The translations under genes were made by a program, and so were the position numbers. 64,000 nucleotides of DNA, taken from NCBI GenBank assembly GCA_050230475.1, contig JBFLGF010000003.1, positions 1-64,000 on the forward strand, written 5' to 3'. Positions 39,300-51,700 of the stretch are shown piece by piece. The notes below the pieces were generated by a model. That model was not told where the DNA came from and made no database searches. It saw nothing but the letters and a program-made list of their open reading frames with translations. Every line of letters starts with the position of its first letter. Position 1 is the first letter of the stretch. This stretch comes from Ancylonema sp. Its lineage: Eukaryota.

Positions 39300-42200
39300 T
39301 GCTTGTTTTCCAGCACCAGCCGTTTTCAAGCACCCTCTCCAACCACGGCTCTAGGCACCAAAGGTGGTACCCCTTATTTCACGTGTCGCACAACACCGTG
39401 TAGGGGGGCCCACTCCGACTCCCACCGATACGAAAGTGCATAGGAGCCCCCCAGTAGATCCTCTCCGCCTACAGGTTGTGGTTGAGGATGGGCATCGGGT
39501 TATGAGCGATGTTTTTCAACTACTCCTCTATGCGCGCCGCATTACTCCCCTCCAGCACTGCCACCCCGGAGTCCTTGAACTCCACTACTCGTAGAATGTG
39601 TGGCCTCGTTGGGAATTCCAAAGTGTGTTGCGCCTTCCGCTTTAGCAGCACGCAGTCTCGAGGCTTGAATGACGCCTTGGGGCGGTCCTGGCCACCCCCG
39701 CGCACCAGCTTGTGTCTCCCCTTGTCGCATTGTTGGGCAATCGCGAGGTTGCACATCGCTAGCGACATCACCTCTCGGAACGCCTTCCCCCTCCGATCCA
39801 AGAAAACATGCAGGTGCATGGTTGCTGCAGCTAGGTCCAAATTCTCCTCCTCTAGGTGTTGAATGCGGGACTGGAAAATGGGGTCTCACCCAAACATGAG
39901 AAAGTAGGGTGAATGACCTACCGCCTTTTGCTTGCTCATCGGGTAGCCCATGGTGACGTAGGGAAGCAGCTCATCCCAATCTCCCCCCCTCCCATCTAGG
40001 AGAAACTTTCTCAGCGCCCTCTTCATGGCTTGCACCATCTTCTCTGCCAGCCCGTCAGATTGGGGCTGCTCCCTTGACACTAGCGCCTGCGTAATCGTAT
40101 GTTGCGCTAGGAGATGCTAGAATTCCCCTATGAAATCCCGCCCTTGTTCCGCGAGGACCTCTCCAGGATCCCCATAACGACTAAGGACCCCCTCTAAGAA
40201 GCCTCGCGCCGTGTCCCTGGAAGACTCCGACGGGAGCGGGATGAGCTCCACCCACTCGGTGACGTGCTCGATGCAGAACATGACCCACTCGTTGCCAACT
40301 GCGGTTTTTCGCAACGGTCCAGCGAAGTTCACTCCCCATCGGTACCCAAGCCCCTTGATGGGCAAGGGCTGCAGCTCCTTCCTCGACTTGTGGAAGCCAG
40401 CCTTCACGCGTGCGCATGAGAGGCAAGCCACCGCCACCACTGTGTCGCCCATCCCGCGCCACTATTAGTTCTACCGTAGGCGATCTAGCACCCGCTAGAC
40501 GCCAAAATGACCCATCCCCCGATGACTATCTAGAGCGATCTGCTCTCTCATAGCTGGCCCGGGCATCATCACCATAACGCCCCGCCGCAGCAAGTTGAAC
40601 AAGTCGCTCCCCATCCGCCAGTAGAAGCGCGCCCGCCATCAAATTGCTCTCTGATTTGACGTGACGCCTGGCGTCGCCGTCTCCCCCGCCTCAAACCCCA
40701 TGAGTCGCTCCTTCTCCACCACCTCTGGCTACTCCCACACGCCCTCCCTCGTGTGGTAAACCATCCCCTCCTCCGGTGCCCCGTTATCCTTAAATGTGAA
40801 GGTATTACTGCCGAGGTAGGAGACAATGGTAGGCATGCACCTCCTTTCCCCCCCTAACTGGTTTAGAGGGGAAAAGGGGCGGCGGTCTGAGTGATTAGGT
40901 TTTGTGGGTATGTGATAAGGGTGAAGAACATGGTTTAGAGGGGATGAAGGTGGAAGGGAAGTGGGAAGGGCAGCTTCTCCTTCTGGAAATTCGTCTAGAA
41001 AAGGCGGACTCGATGTGCTGCCCCGCCTAATCCCGCCGAGTCCGCTATGACCGGCGCACCAGTGAAGCTCTCCACCAAGCTTGTAGCCTTACGCACCGCA
41101 TCAGATTTCTGGTCCCCTAGCCAGGTGTTTTCAAACAGGTAGAGGAGTGGTGAAGTCTGTTACGCTAGAAATAGTTGCATATCCGCACCAAGTCGTAGAA
41201 GAACTGGAAACGGGGGTCTGCGAGACCTTGCTATTGTGGACGCCATGTTGACGTACACTCTTGACTCTTCTCTTAACTCACTCAGAACTCAAATAGCGCT
41301 CAGTGACTATTAACACATACACATACTCAGTGGCGCATTCACATACACTTTAAACTCATACACATTGTGCGCGACACATAGACAAAACTTTTTTCATGAA
41401 AAGCAAGTGAAAACAAATACCGGAGAAGAATTGTCACTAATTGTCACTATAGTGGTTCGGTCGATCCGCTAGCCAAAAGTATGACCTTGGAACACGCTAC
41501 CGAGTCCAAAGCACATCTAAACGACTTACGACCCTGGATACATCGAACGTTGAATCTAAACCCGGTCATACACAATCTTCATAAATACGCACGCGCGCGC
41601 CACGTTAGGCTACGCCGTCGCCACGTTGTCACTGACACATATTCAACGATACAAACTAAACGAACCATTACGAACTAAAATACACGCGTCACAAGCACCA
41701 AACACATTTCATAGGCGCACACTCACACACTACTCATTTTATAGACGCACTCTTACACACAAAAGCAAGAACGTCACCGATCACACCAAGAGTTCCCGTC
41801 AAACTAAATTGGCAACTTTGGCCACCTAAAAGTTTAACACTAATTTATTCAGTTTATTTTAATTATTTAATTTAATATAGAGGTTATGTTGCAGCATATA
41901 TATCTCACGGCTATCTCCCAGCTTTGCTCACGCCCCCCTCCATCAGGTCCGAGGGACCGTGCCACACAACGAGGTATCCTAGAAAAAGGGGGATCACCAA
42001 GGAAACATCATGTGGCAGCCGCTTGTCAAACGTCTTTATGACTGCGTTTGAAAGTTGATCAAGGTATTCTGCTTGTAGACGCTGCAGCTTCGTTTTCGCC
42101 ATCCTCCTCGACATGGGATCACGGTCACAATATGTGTAGATGCACACCTTGTAATCGGCAGCCAGCGCCGTTTGCAGCACGTCGCGTGTCACCCCGGCGA

Positions 42201-42350
42201 ACGTCTTCATCTCACGGAGGTCGTTGCGTAGGGAAGTAGGAGAGAAGTGGCGTATAGAAGCGTTGATGGGTGTCGCCCCCTCCACCTCATCTCCCAGCCA
42301 AGAGGATGAGGGGCTCAACGTGGCTTTCAAGGTGCATTGCCCTTGATCCA
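39300..42350 (-). mobile_element. Decayed Gypsy-type pol remnant: DNMT3-like methyltransferase, integrase, PHD finger
   Basis: In order on the minus strand: KTFAGV (motif I)...YTYCDRDP...GGVSKAGR [solo LTR] QGLADPRFQFFYDLVR...LFENTW...AAHRVRLF*TN...EKERLMGF (motif IX), then integrase H...GHFG...CLSC...WGVNFAGP...CIEHVTEWVE...QSDGLAEK, then VLCDT*NKGYHLWCL (PHD). Contains stops and frameshifts. Confidence 0.88.
41235..41909. mobile_element. Solo LTR (675 bp) inserted in the DNMT domain
   Basis: Begins TGTGGA and ends TCTCACG (one change from the canonical CA). Flanked by the perfect 5-bp TSD GCTAT (41230-41234 and 41910-41914); removing it rejoins the DNMT sequence. Confidence 0.8.
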
Positions 42351-43189
42351 CTTTCCCGCGATTTAGGGTAAATATGTCGTGCCATCTGGCATCATTCACA
42401 CTCTCACGTGCCATTCTATTGTTATAACGACCATCATCGTTAATTACACTCCACATGTGCGAAATGCTACTTAACGTCATTAGTGTCCGCACACACGCGT
42501 TACAAAATCTGGTCGAGATCCGCATTATCCTTATGCGAGATAACAAATGGCTATTGTCCATACTATACTAGTCTATGAAGCACACCAAATATAATTTTCT
42601 CCCCCCCCAAAAGATGAGGCGAGCTCTTGGCACACTCAGCTTTGCATTCGGTGCAATATGTGACGTGTGGAAAGCACCAAGGGGCTTGCTTGTAAATTTT
42701 TTTGAGGGGTTGGGCCTCTAAACCAATCGATACAACCACATCATAAGTTTTCCAACTCAAAACATGTAAACTTAAATAGATATGCACTCTGAAAAATACA
42801 CGTCTTAAATTAAGAGTATGTTCCCCCCCCAATTTTCTCACAACGGGTCAAACATTCTCTTCTCAGTATTCGTAAGGATCAGTGTTTGGGCCATGCAAAT
42901 CACCAAGATGTTGCCCTTCCCATGCAAAGAAGTTGATGATCAAATGTTATTTGCACCTCATGGCAATCGTGTATACGACTCCATGGTTTGTAGATCCCCC
43001 CCCAAACACAGGTGGCCTTCCATGGTTATGAATTATTTATCAATTATGTACCATTATATTACATCATGAAAGTGTAATCTATATCACAAAGCGTTGGACC
43101 GCGTAGGCTTACTCCATGCTTAGTCATGCCGTCAAGGCTCAAATTTGATATCCCTATGTACAGTGATAAGATGGGAATGAAATATACCT

Positions 43190-44640
43190 GAATGTGAAGG
43201 ACCCATCCGGGACCCTCAGCAAAGGCTTATCCAAACACCATGAATGGTAGCCTTGATTGCATGCGTCGCGGAGCACCATTTTGCTTTGTCTCCGCCGGAT
43301 ACCACACACTCGGCAATGAACCGATGGACACCGATAAAATCGCTCCGGATAAGTATTGTGATCCACGATGGGAAGAGGTCAATGTGCAATTTTCTTATGA
43401 TGTTCTTCGATGCGCGGAGCGACACTCCCCTCCAACACCGCCACATCAATTGGCCGGATCTCCACCACCCGTAGGACATGAGGCTTGGCTGGAGCGTTTA
43501 GTCTGCACTCTGTGTGCTGCTTGAGGAGCACATAGTCTCCAGTTAGAAGTGAAGCCTTGGGACGATCCCAGCCACCCCCAAGCACTACCTTGTAGCTCTC
43601 TTTGTCCCGCTACTGTGCTATAGCCAAATTTATCATGGCCAATGGCATCACCCGCTTGAATGCTTGGCCCCGCTCCTCCAAAAAGACTTGCAGCCGCTCC
43701 TCTGTGACGTCCTCGTCCACCTCCACATCATGCAGCCTATGTTTGGGATCTCGCCCAAACATAAGGAAATGGGGGCTGCAACCCACCGATTTTGCTTTGA
43801 CATCTGGTACCCCATGGTACCATATGAAAGCAACTCATCCCAGTCCTCTCCCCCACCGTCCAATAGGCACTTGTGCATCAACCGCTTCATTGTTTGTACC
43901 ATGCGCTCCGCCAAGCCATCCGGCTCAGGATGCTCCCGAGATGCCAGCCTCTAGGTTATTTCATGTTTTTGGAGAAGGGTTTGGAACTCTCCAATAAATT
44001 CTCGCCCTTGGTTTGTCAGAACCTCCCCCGGCGCCTCGCAGCGGATCAGCACCCCCTCAAGTAGACCCCATGCGGAGTTTTTAGAAAATTTGGAGGGTAG
44101 AGGGATTAACTCCACCCACTTAGTGAAGTGTTCAATACACACTATGACCCAAGAGTTGCCAGCTGAAGTTTTCTCTAAAGGCCCCCCAAAATCTACCCCC
44201 CACTTGTAGCCCGCCCCCCGCTCGGGTAGTGGGTGCAATTCCTTGCCAGAGTCCCGGAAGCCTGCTTTCACCGGCGCGCATGGTAGGCATGATTTCACAA
44301 CTTCCACTACGGCATCCCCCATGCCTCTCCACCAACAGTTCTTTTGAAGTCTGTCCAAGACGCGATGAACTCCGAAATGCCCCATCTCTCGATGTGTCTC
44401 TAAGGCTATCTTAGCCCGCTTTGCTAGCTTGGGCACCACCACTAGCGCTCCTTGCTGCAGTATCTTGAACACACTGTCTCCTATCCATCGGTAGCTCTTA
44501 GCACGCTTGTAGATGCGGTCCCGCATCTTGGCACGAAGACCGTTGCCATACTTGTGTGTGTGAAGAAATCGAAGCACCTCGATGTCGTCCTAGATGTCTT
44601 TCTCTTCCTCCCCATCTTGTACAAGAGTGGAGAGGCCCAC
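43190..44640 (-). mobile_element. Gypsy integrase plus PHD finger remnant (copy B)
   Basis: ETHREMGHFG...CLPC (HHCC), WGVDFGGP, CIEHFTKWVE, GLAERM, followed by CRVC...MVLRDACNQGYHSWCLDKPLLRVPDG (C4HC3 PHD, one Cys changed to Arg). Confidence 0.9.
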
Positions 44641-44699
44641 CATCAGTGCCAGATAAGTTGCTGGCGCCATACCCTCCCCCTTATGTTGCTACTATAGGG

Positions 44700-45470
44700 A
44701 GCATTGGTGGTGGTGCCTTGGCCGGCGGAGCGAGCTGATATTGCTTTAGAAACACATTGGGGAATGGGCCATTTCGGAGTTCAACGTGTTTTAGATCGCC
44801 TTCAAAAGAATTGTTGGTGGCGAGGCATGGGGGATGCCGTGGTAGAAGTGGTGAGGGCATGCCAGCCCTGCGCTAGGGTGAAGGCAGGCTTTTGGGAGTC
44901 CGGAAAGGAGTTGCAACCGCTACCCCTACGGGGGCTGGGCTGCAGTGGGGGGTGGACTTTGCTAAGCCTCTAGATAAAACTTTTGATGGCAACTCTTGGG
45001 TCATGGTGTGTATCAAACATTTTACTAAGTGGGTAGAGTTGATACCACTTCCCTCCAAGTCGTCGAAGGACTCCGCACATGGTCTTCTGGAGGGGGTTAT
45101 CAAACATGAAATCACTCATCTGCTGGCGTCACTGGAGCACCCCCAGTCCGGCGGTCTAGCGGAACACATGGTCCATGAAGCGGACGCTGTGCAAGTGCCT
45201 CTTTGATGGTGGAGGATAGAATTGGGATGAGCTATTGCCTTTCGTGGCAATGGGCTACAAGATGTCTAAACAAAAATCGGTAGGCTATAGCCCCTTTTAC
45301 CTCATGATTGAAAGAGATACCATTTTCCAGAGTAGGCTGCAACACTCGCAAGCAGAGGAGCTAGACCTGGCCGCCACGACAGAACAACTACCTGTCTTCT
45401 TAGATGCCCGGGGTTAGGCATTCTAGCGAGTGATGCCTCTAGCCATGTGGAATTTAGCCAATATCGATGG
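44700..45470 (+). mobile_element. Gypsy integrase remnant (copy C), head-to-head with copy B
   Basis: ETHWGMGHFGVQRVLDRL...CQPC...WGVDFAKP...HFTKWVELIPLP, with frameshifts and an internal deletion. Confidence 0.88.
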
Positions 45471-45937
45471 ACTCCCATCTTGTAAGATGACGAATTGAAG
45501 AGAGTTTGCATTTTGTCAACCGAAGCCTCTTTTACTATTATTGATTCCATCATGTATATAAAAAAAATGCGTCATGTGCACTTTGAGCTAAATCACAAAC
45601 TGAAGAACAAGGATGGCTCACTCCCAACGCTACTCACTTGCTCTGCTCCTTGCAGAGAGACTAACCAACATGTCATTTCCTGTTCCTATTAAAACATAAG
45701 GATGCCTTATCGACCCCAAATCGACTACACTTGATAAATACAATTGTCAGCCCAACTAAACCGAATGGTTACCATCTCCCAATACGTCCTTCTCAAACAC
45801 TGGGGATGAAAGGCCCTTGAGGCGTGGTTAGACGACCCGCTAACACTTGCTGACACTAAATTGGGAATCTAGGTTGCTGGTGAGCCGGCCTCGCCACCGA
45901 AGCAGGGACCTCCTTGGTGCAAATAATGATGTGGCTC

Positions 45938-48144
45938 TCATTTTGGTAGTGCGAGGCTGAGGAAAACACTCAAGCCAAACCAGGCAAGGAAAAAGTAGCC
46001 GACTCTTTTGATGCCCTCCGGATCATCGGGGAATACCTACAAGGAAACAACAAAGAAGAAAATGTACACAAACCCTTCACTCCAGTTAGTTTCGCATTCT
46101 TCGTGCTGAAGCTATCATCCCCCTAGATTCCGTCACAACCAGTATCGAACGTTCACATCAGCCGGAGGTCAATGAAGAAAGTGCATAGAGAGAGTACAAG
46201 AATGGAAGGCACGCGGCCTGAAATCATAAACAAATGGATGGCTGTTCTCAATATTTTGGCTCCCTCTTACGCCCTGTCCCATCTTTCTTTTCCAGATGAG
46301 GCACCAAGTACATCACAAGGCATTCTGCCCTCTTCGAACATGGCAATGAAATTATGATGGCAGAAATACATGAATATGGCAGAAATGCATGAATATGGCA
46401 GAAATGCATGAATATGGCAGAAATGCATGAACATGCAAACCACTTACTGGACGTGGCTGCTCCCCCTGTCGCTGCGGGATCTCCTCCATGTCTGCTTGGT
46501 ATGGCCACACGTACTTTCCATCTGGCTGCTCCTGACGCATAAGACTCCATTGGTACATTCTCCTCTCCGGCTCCTGCATTAAGACGTCAAATGATACCTG
46601 CCCAAGATAGCACAAGGAGAGGATGTATTCTTTTTCAACAAACAACGGCATGGAACCATGGGCGAAGGACAGGCGCAGACGGAGCTTGGAAGTACTCCAG
46701 TGAGTCGCCCATCATTTCTTTTATTATATGGTAGATCAGCTTATATTAAAAACATCTGATGCGCACTCCTTTATCTGGAAGGCAAACCTTCCATTCCCAG
46801 TAGAGACCTACCAATGAACTGAAGTTTTGCCGCATGTGCCAGATGAAGGGACTGTGTCATGTACAAGGGGTGCACATATGTGCCCTATATGCACATGAAT
46901 GTGTGACTGTGAAGGGACGTGTCATAGATCCATGGTTCCCAGTCACTTTCGCTAAACTATCGTTCTCACCTCCAGTTCTTGCAGCTTCTGCTCTGCTGCT
47001 GCATCCCCTGCCTCCTTCTCAGCAAGCAGCTCCTTCCGCTTTGCGAAATATGCAGAAGCTACCTGCATGTTCCCCAAAGAGGCGGCAGTCAGCATAAAGA
47101 ATCGCTTAGTTTGGCCATGTTACTCTATAAAGTATTCTGGAATCTTCCATCGATACTTTCTGTTGCTTTCTTATATGGTCTTCTCGAGCAGGATATATTT
47201 ACTGCAACTACTACTACTGCTACTACTACTACTACTACTACTACTACTAAAGTGAGATTTATCAAAAGGATCCCCACCCGCAGAAGAAAGATTCACTGGG
47301 GCATGTTGTCAGTGCATGAACTTCGCCGGACATCTTAACCAAGTCTAACCTCAGCAGATGTAGAAGCGCGAGAAACTCCTAGCCGCCCGAAGTGATCGAC
47401 AAGAACTATGTCTGCGCAGATAAGACAAAGAATATTCGTCGGGTATGACAACCCCAGTATTCTACCGACTCATGATCATTTAACAACATCTGCTAAACCT
47501 GCAGCGAAAAGAATATGCAAGAATTGCTAACACAAATGTCTGGGGGTAAGAAGAATTTGCGTTTCATTCGAGGGTTGTGTGTTGCTTTGCACGTGAAGAT
47601 AGGGCGCATTAACAATGTTCTGAGGATAAGCTTTCCTCCTCGATATAGCAAGTTGCTGGAAAAAGGAAGGGACAGCGGTTTTCCAGGGCCACTGACAACC
47701 GCTGTGAATGCCCTTGGGAGCCTGGTACCCGAAAATCAGATACCAAGACAAGTCCCATCGTTCTATCGCACAGCTAAAATCGAAGGTAAGTCACACGGGT
47801 GCATAAGACCCAGCGACGTTGCCAACATCAATACGTGACTAGGGTGCATCGGAATATCAGTATACCGTCTCGTGAATAAACAGAGACAAAAATCCTTGGC
47901 TCGGTCAACTCTTATCTTTTATCAGACTTCCCTCACCTGCTCTTTCAGAGCTTGGCGCAGATCCTGTGGCTACTTCAGCTCGGACTGGACTCCGGCGCGG
48001 TGAAGAGATACATGACGGGCGGCATACTCCGGTAGCGGGCCATGCGATTTGACTGCCAGTTAGGAAAGGCTTCGAAGAAGATCCGGCTGGAGAAAGCAAT
48101 GCGGTCGTCTTTCCAACAGCTGACATTGGCAATGAATAGGCCAT
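45938..48144 (-). CDS. ndhU: Chloroplast NDH complex subunit U (CRRL, J-like protein)
   Basis: Exons 48144-47937, 47411-47350, 47062-46970, 46597-46448 and 46036-45938 splice in phase: transit peptide, DHFGRLGVSR, SFDVL...ERRMYQWSL...YVWPYQAD, and a C-terminal TM segment VGYFFLAWFGLSVFLSL. The true exon 1 may be the copy at 50843-51050. Confidence 0.88.
46357..46435. repeat. Four copies of a 19-bp minisatellite (ATGGCAGAAATGCATGAAT) in an ndhU intron
   Basis: Direct reading. Confidence 0.9.
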
Positions 48145-48787
48145 CACATGCAGCAATCCGCAGAGTTTGTGTCCTCAATGCTGAAGGAATTTGAGGAGAT
48201 TGCGGGTCGCGTAGAGCCGTAGAGAGTTAATGAGAGAGATGTGGGAGGAAAAGCCTAGGCTCCTGGTATGACAGTTGGCGAGCACCCCTGGATAGAATCG
48301 GGTTCCGTTTAGACTCCACTGCCTGAATGAGTCCGCCGTGGCGTAGAGGAATAATTTCGCTACAGTACTGCGACAGCGTGTATTGCGCCGTTATTGTTAC
48401 GCCATCGAAGTTGCCGCCTAGCCGCGCCAACAAGTGACACCTTCAGCTGACACAGCGGCACCGGCGCTTGATGGAAAGTCAGGCATGTAATCTACTTTTG
48501 TACTCACATGTGCATGCAGATCAAGTATATTATGTATATTATATTATGCATGCAACGGACGACGATAAAATGCAAGGTCTTGATGAGTAAGAGGACGTGG
48601 CTTCGTAATTTTTCCAAAACGCACAAAGACTCGCGATTGTGTCACCCACTGTATTTAGAAATGGCTTCGTTTGAAGTTCTGGCAATGTCGCCATCAAGAA
48701 TCCTCTGAAAGGGTCCGCGGCTAGCTTGAAATCGAAAGTATATATCACATTGCATCTTCCCTAACGTACAGTACGGGTTCGGTGGTG

Positions 48788-50407
48788 ATGGTGATGCCAA
48801 CTTGTCCGGGTCTGACACTTCGACATTCCGAGCTCGTGATGTTTCAACATCGCATATATGCTTCACCTGGTTTTTCCCACCCACAACATAGAGGTAGAAG
48901 AGGTGCGAACTCAGCTTTCGGTGCCGGCAATTGTATTCTTCTTGTTGAACACATGCATGTTCTGTACGTATACTGCACTTGATGTGGGCGGACAATATCC
49001 GTTTGTGGCATGGCATCTGGCCTGCAAAAATTCTGCACGTTCTGGATAGCCCGTGGGATTATTGAATCTTATCTCTTACGGAGCTGCTTGCGATATGAGG
49101 ATACCAAATAATACGGTACAGTCTGTAGTAGTATTCTGTGTTATCAGCCCAGCTGTTTCTGTCGGTGTCCATGATGAAATGTAAAAATCTCCTTCGATGT
49201 CTTAGACTATTTTCCGGTAGCCTTACTGTGTCCTTGTACATTGTTGTGCTTCTAAATAGTGGTCCTTATAAAGGATACAGGGGGCTGCAAACCGTACCAT
49301 TTGTGAATGCTTTCGAGAGTAAGACACCATATTCATGTCTTCGTGACTTCCATGTACTCTCCGACTCTCCCTGCAGATCGGAAGTTCTGGAAGGGCAACA
49401 AAGCCAAGCCTGTTGCTATTGCTTCTCAGGGGTCTCGTGATGATTTACAAGGAAGGACTGTGGTGGCAAGTGCCTACTATACATATAGCTGTATCTGTCT
49501 TAGGCCTTGCTGTCCTAGTATGATGCATGTACTTTTGGATGCATCATTCAGATTTATGCGTCCTGTCCAGCCATCCAGTGTATTTACATTTTTTCTGAAA
49601 CTCGTCACTAGCCAACTAATAATATCCTCCCCTGCTGGGTGGCAGATCATTGGCTTAGGCAGATCTGGCAGAGCAGCAGCACATTTAGCCCTTGTCCGTG
49701 GAGCTGCCAGTGTGATAGGTCTCGACAAAAATCCTCATGTTCTTCGATTGGAGGTGAGATGGATTCCTTTATGTGTAAAAAAATACCACACCGCTGGAAT
49801 CGTGATGAAAGGTATCACGGGTCCAGCAGGACAATCGGTGGTCGCAGCAAGTGGACCAGGCGAGTTGAAGTGTTATGTGTGGTGGCGCCTTTGAGACCAC
49901 TCACAAGGCATGTAATCGTAGCCTCTCCTTTGTGACACACAGGAAGATGCCACGTTTTCCGGATTCGCAAGAGACAGAGTGCGCACACAGACTGGTGCAC
50001 ATCAGGCGGCAACGCTTGAACAAGCATGTATTATGGTCCTCTCTCCAGGTGTTCCTCTATCTCAGCCTCAGATCGCAGAGGCCCTCAGGCAGGTACCAGG
50101 CTTGCAATTCATCACCACCATGTTTCTTGCCTCCATGCGAGCCAGTGTCAGTTGGTTCAACGACACTTGTTTAACCCCTGAGGTTTATAAGCCAGTGTCG
50201 AGTTGCGAGAGTTGGCATTCCCGTGAATAAGATCAAAATAGAAGCCAAACACACAACTCTGAAGCCCACTCATCTGCTTTCCGTATCCAGGGTATCCCTG
50301 CTGTATCCGAGCTGGCCTTTGCAGCAGAGTGCTTGCCACAAGATCTACCTATCGCTGCAGTGTCCGGAACGAATGGGAAGTCTACTGTGACTACCTTTAC
50401 GGGGCAG
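48788..50407 (+). pseudogene. murD: murD 5' half, unit 1 (possibly an assembly duplicate of unit 3)
   Basis: Same exons as the start of the full gene; ends at the microsatellite and the N. Confidence 0.7.
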
Positions 50408-50842
50408 GTTTGAATCGCTTTCCGTTTTGCTTCAAAATAATTATAGGACCCTGTACCACAACTTCTGATAGTCTGATAGTCTGGTAGTCTGATAGTCTGA
50501 TAGTCTGATAGTCTGNAGAAGATAGGGCATATCAAAAATGTTCCGAGGATAAGCTTTCATGCCACCTCGTCATAGCAAGTTGCTGGAAAAAGGAGGGACA
50601 GCGGTTTTCCAGGGCCGTTGTGAATGCCCTTGGGAGTCGAAAATCAGATAGCAAGACAAGTCCTATCGTTCTATCGCACAGCTAAAATCGAAGGTAAGTC
50701 ACACGAGTGCATAAGACCCAGCGAAGCGGCCAAAACCAATACATGACTAGGGTGCATTGGAATAACAGTATACCGTCTCGTGAATAAACAGAGACAAACG
50801 ATCTTTGACTCGGTTGACTCTCTTTTATCAGACTTCCCTCAC

Positions 50843-51050
50843 CTGCTCTTTCAGAGCTTGGCGCAGATCCTGTGGCTACTTCAGCTCGGACCGGACTCCG
50901 GCGCGGTGAAGAGGTACATGACGGGCGGCATACTCCGGCAGCGGGCCATGCGATTAGACTGCCAGTTTGGAAAGGCTTCGAAGAAGATACGGCTGGAGAA
51001 AGCAATGCGGTCGTCTTTCCAACAGCTGACATTGACAATGAAGAGGCCAT
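50843..51050 (-). other. ndhU: ndhU exon 1, diverged copy in unit 2
   Basis: Open 208-nt exon MASSLSMSAVGKTT...SERA with an intact GT donor. Confidence 0.8.
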
Positions 51051-51700
51051 CACATGCAGCAATCCGCAGAGTTTGTGTCCTTGACGCTGTAGGGATTTGA
51101 GGGGAAGGCAGGTTGCGTAGAGCGGTAGAGACATGTAGGAGAAGCCTGGGCCCCTGGTTGACGTAGCATGCGAGTTGGCGAGCACCCCTGGATAGAATCG
51201 GGTTCCGTTTGCACTCCACTACCCGAATGATTGCGCCGTGGCGTAGAGGAATAATTTCGCTTCAGTACTGCGACTTATTTGACAGCATGTATTGCGCCAT
51301 TATTGTTACGCCATCGTAGTTGCCGCCTAGCCGCGCCAACAAGTGACACCTTAAGCTGACACTGCGAGACCGGCGCTTGATGGAAAGTCAGGCATGGAAT
51401 CTACCTCTGTACGCGCGTCTTACAAGTGGATGCAGATCAAATGTATTCATTGTGCAACGGACGACGACAAAATGCATGGTCACTCTCGATGAGAAAGAGG
51501 GCGCGGCTTTGTATTTTTTCCTGTACGCATCAAGACTCGCGATTGTGTCATCCACTATAATTAGATATGGCATGGGTCTTCGTTTGAAGTTCTGGCAATG
51601 TCACCATCAACAATCCTCTGAAAGGGTCCGCAGCTAGCTTGAAATCGATAATATACATTGCATTGCATCTTCCCAAACGTACAGTACTGGTTTGGTGGTG

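Noticed and set aside
42350..42561. N-terminal part of the 216-aa ORF as a protein domain
   Set aside because: It has no recognisable motif and appears to be read-through into flanking DNA; only the C-terminal part is DNMT-like.
47515..47838. 107-aa plus-strand ORF (also at 53487)
   Set aside because: It is antisense within ndhU intron 1 and is not preserved in the diverged unit 2.
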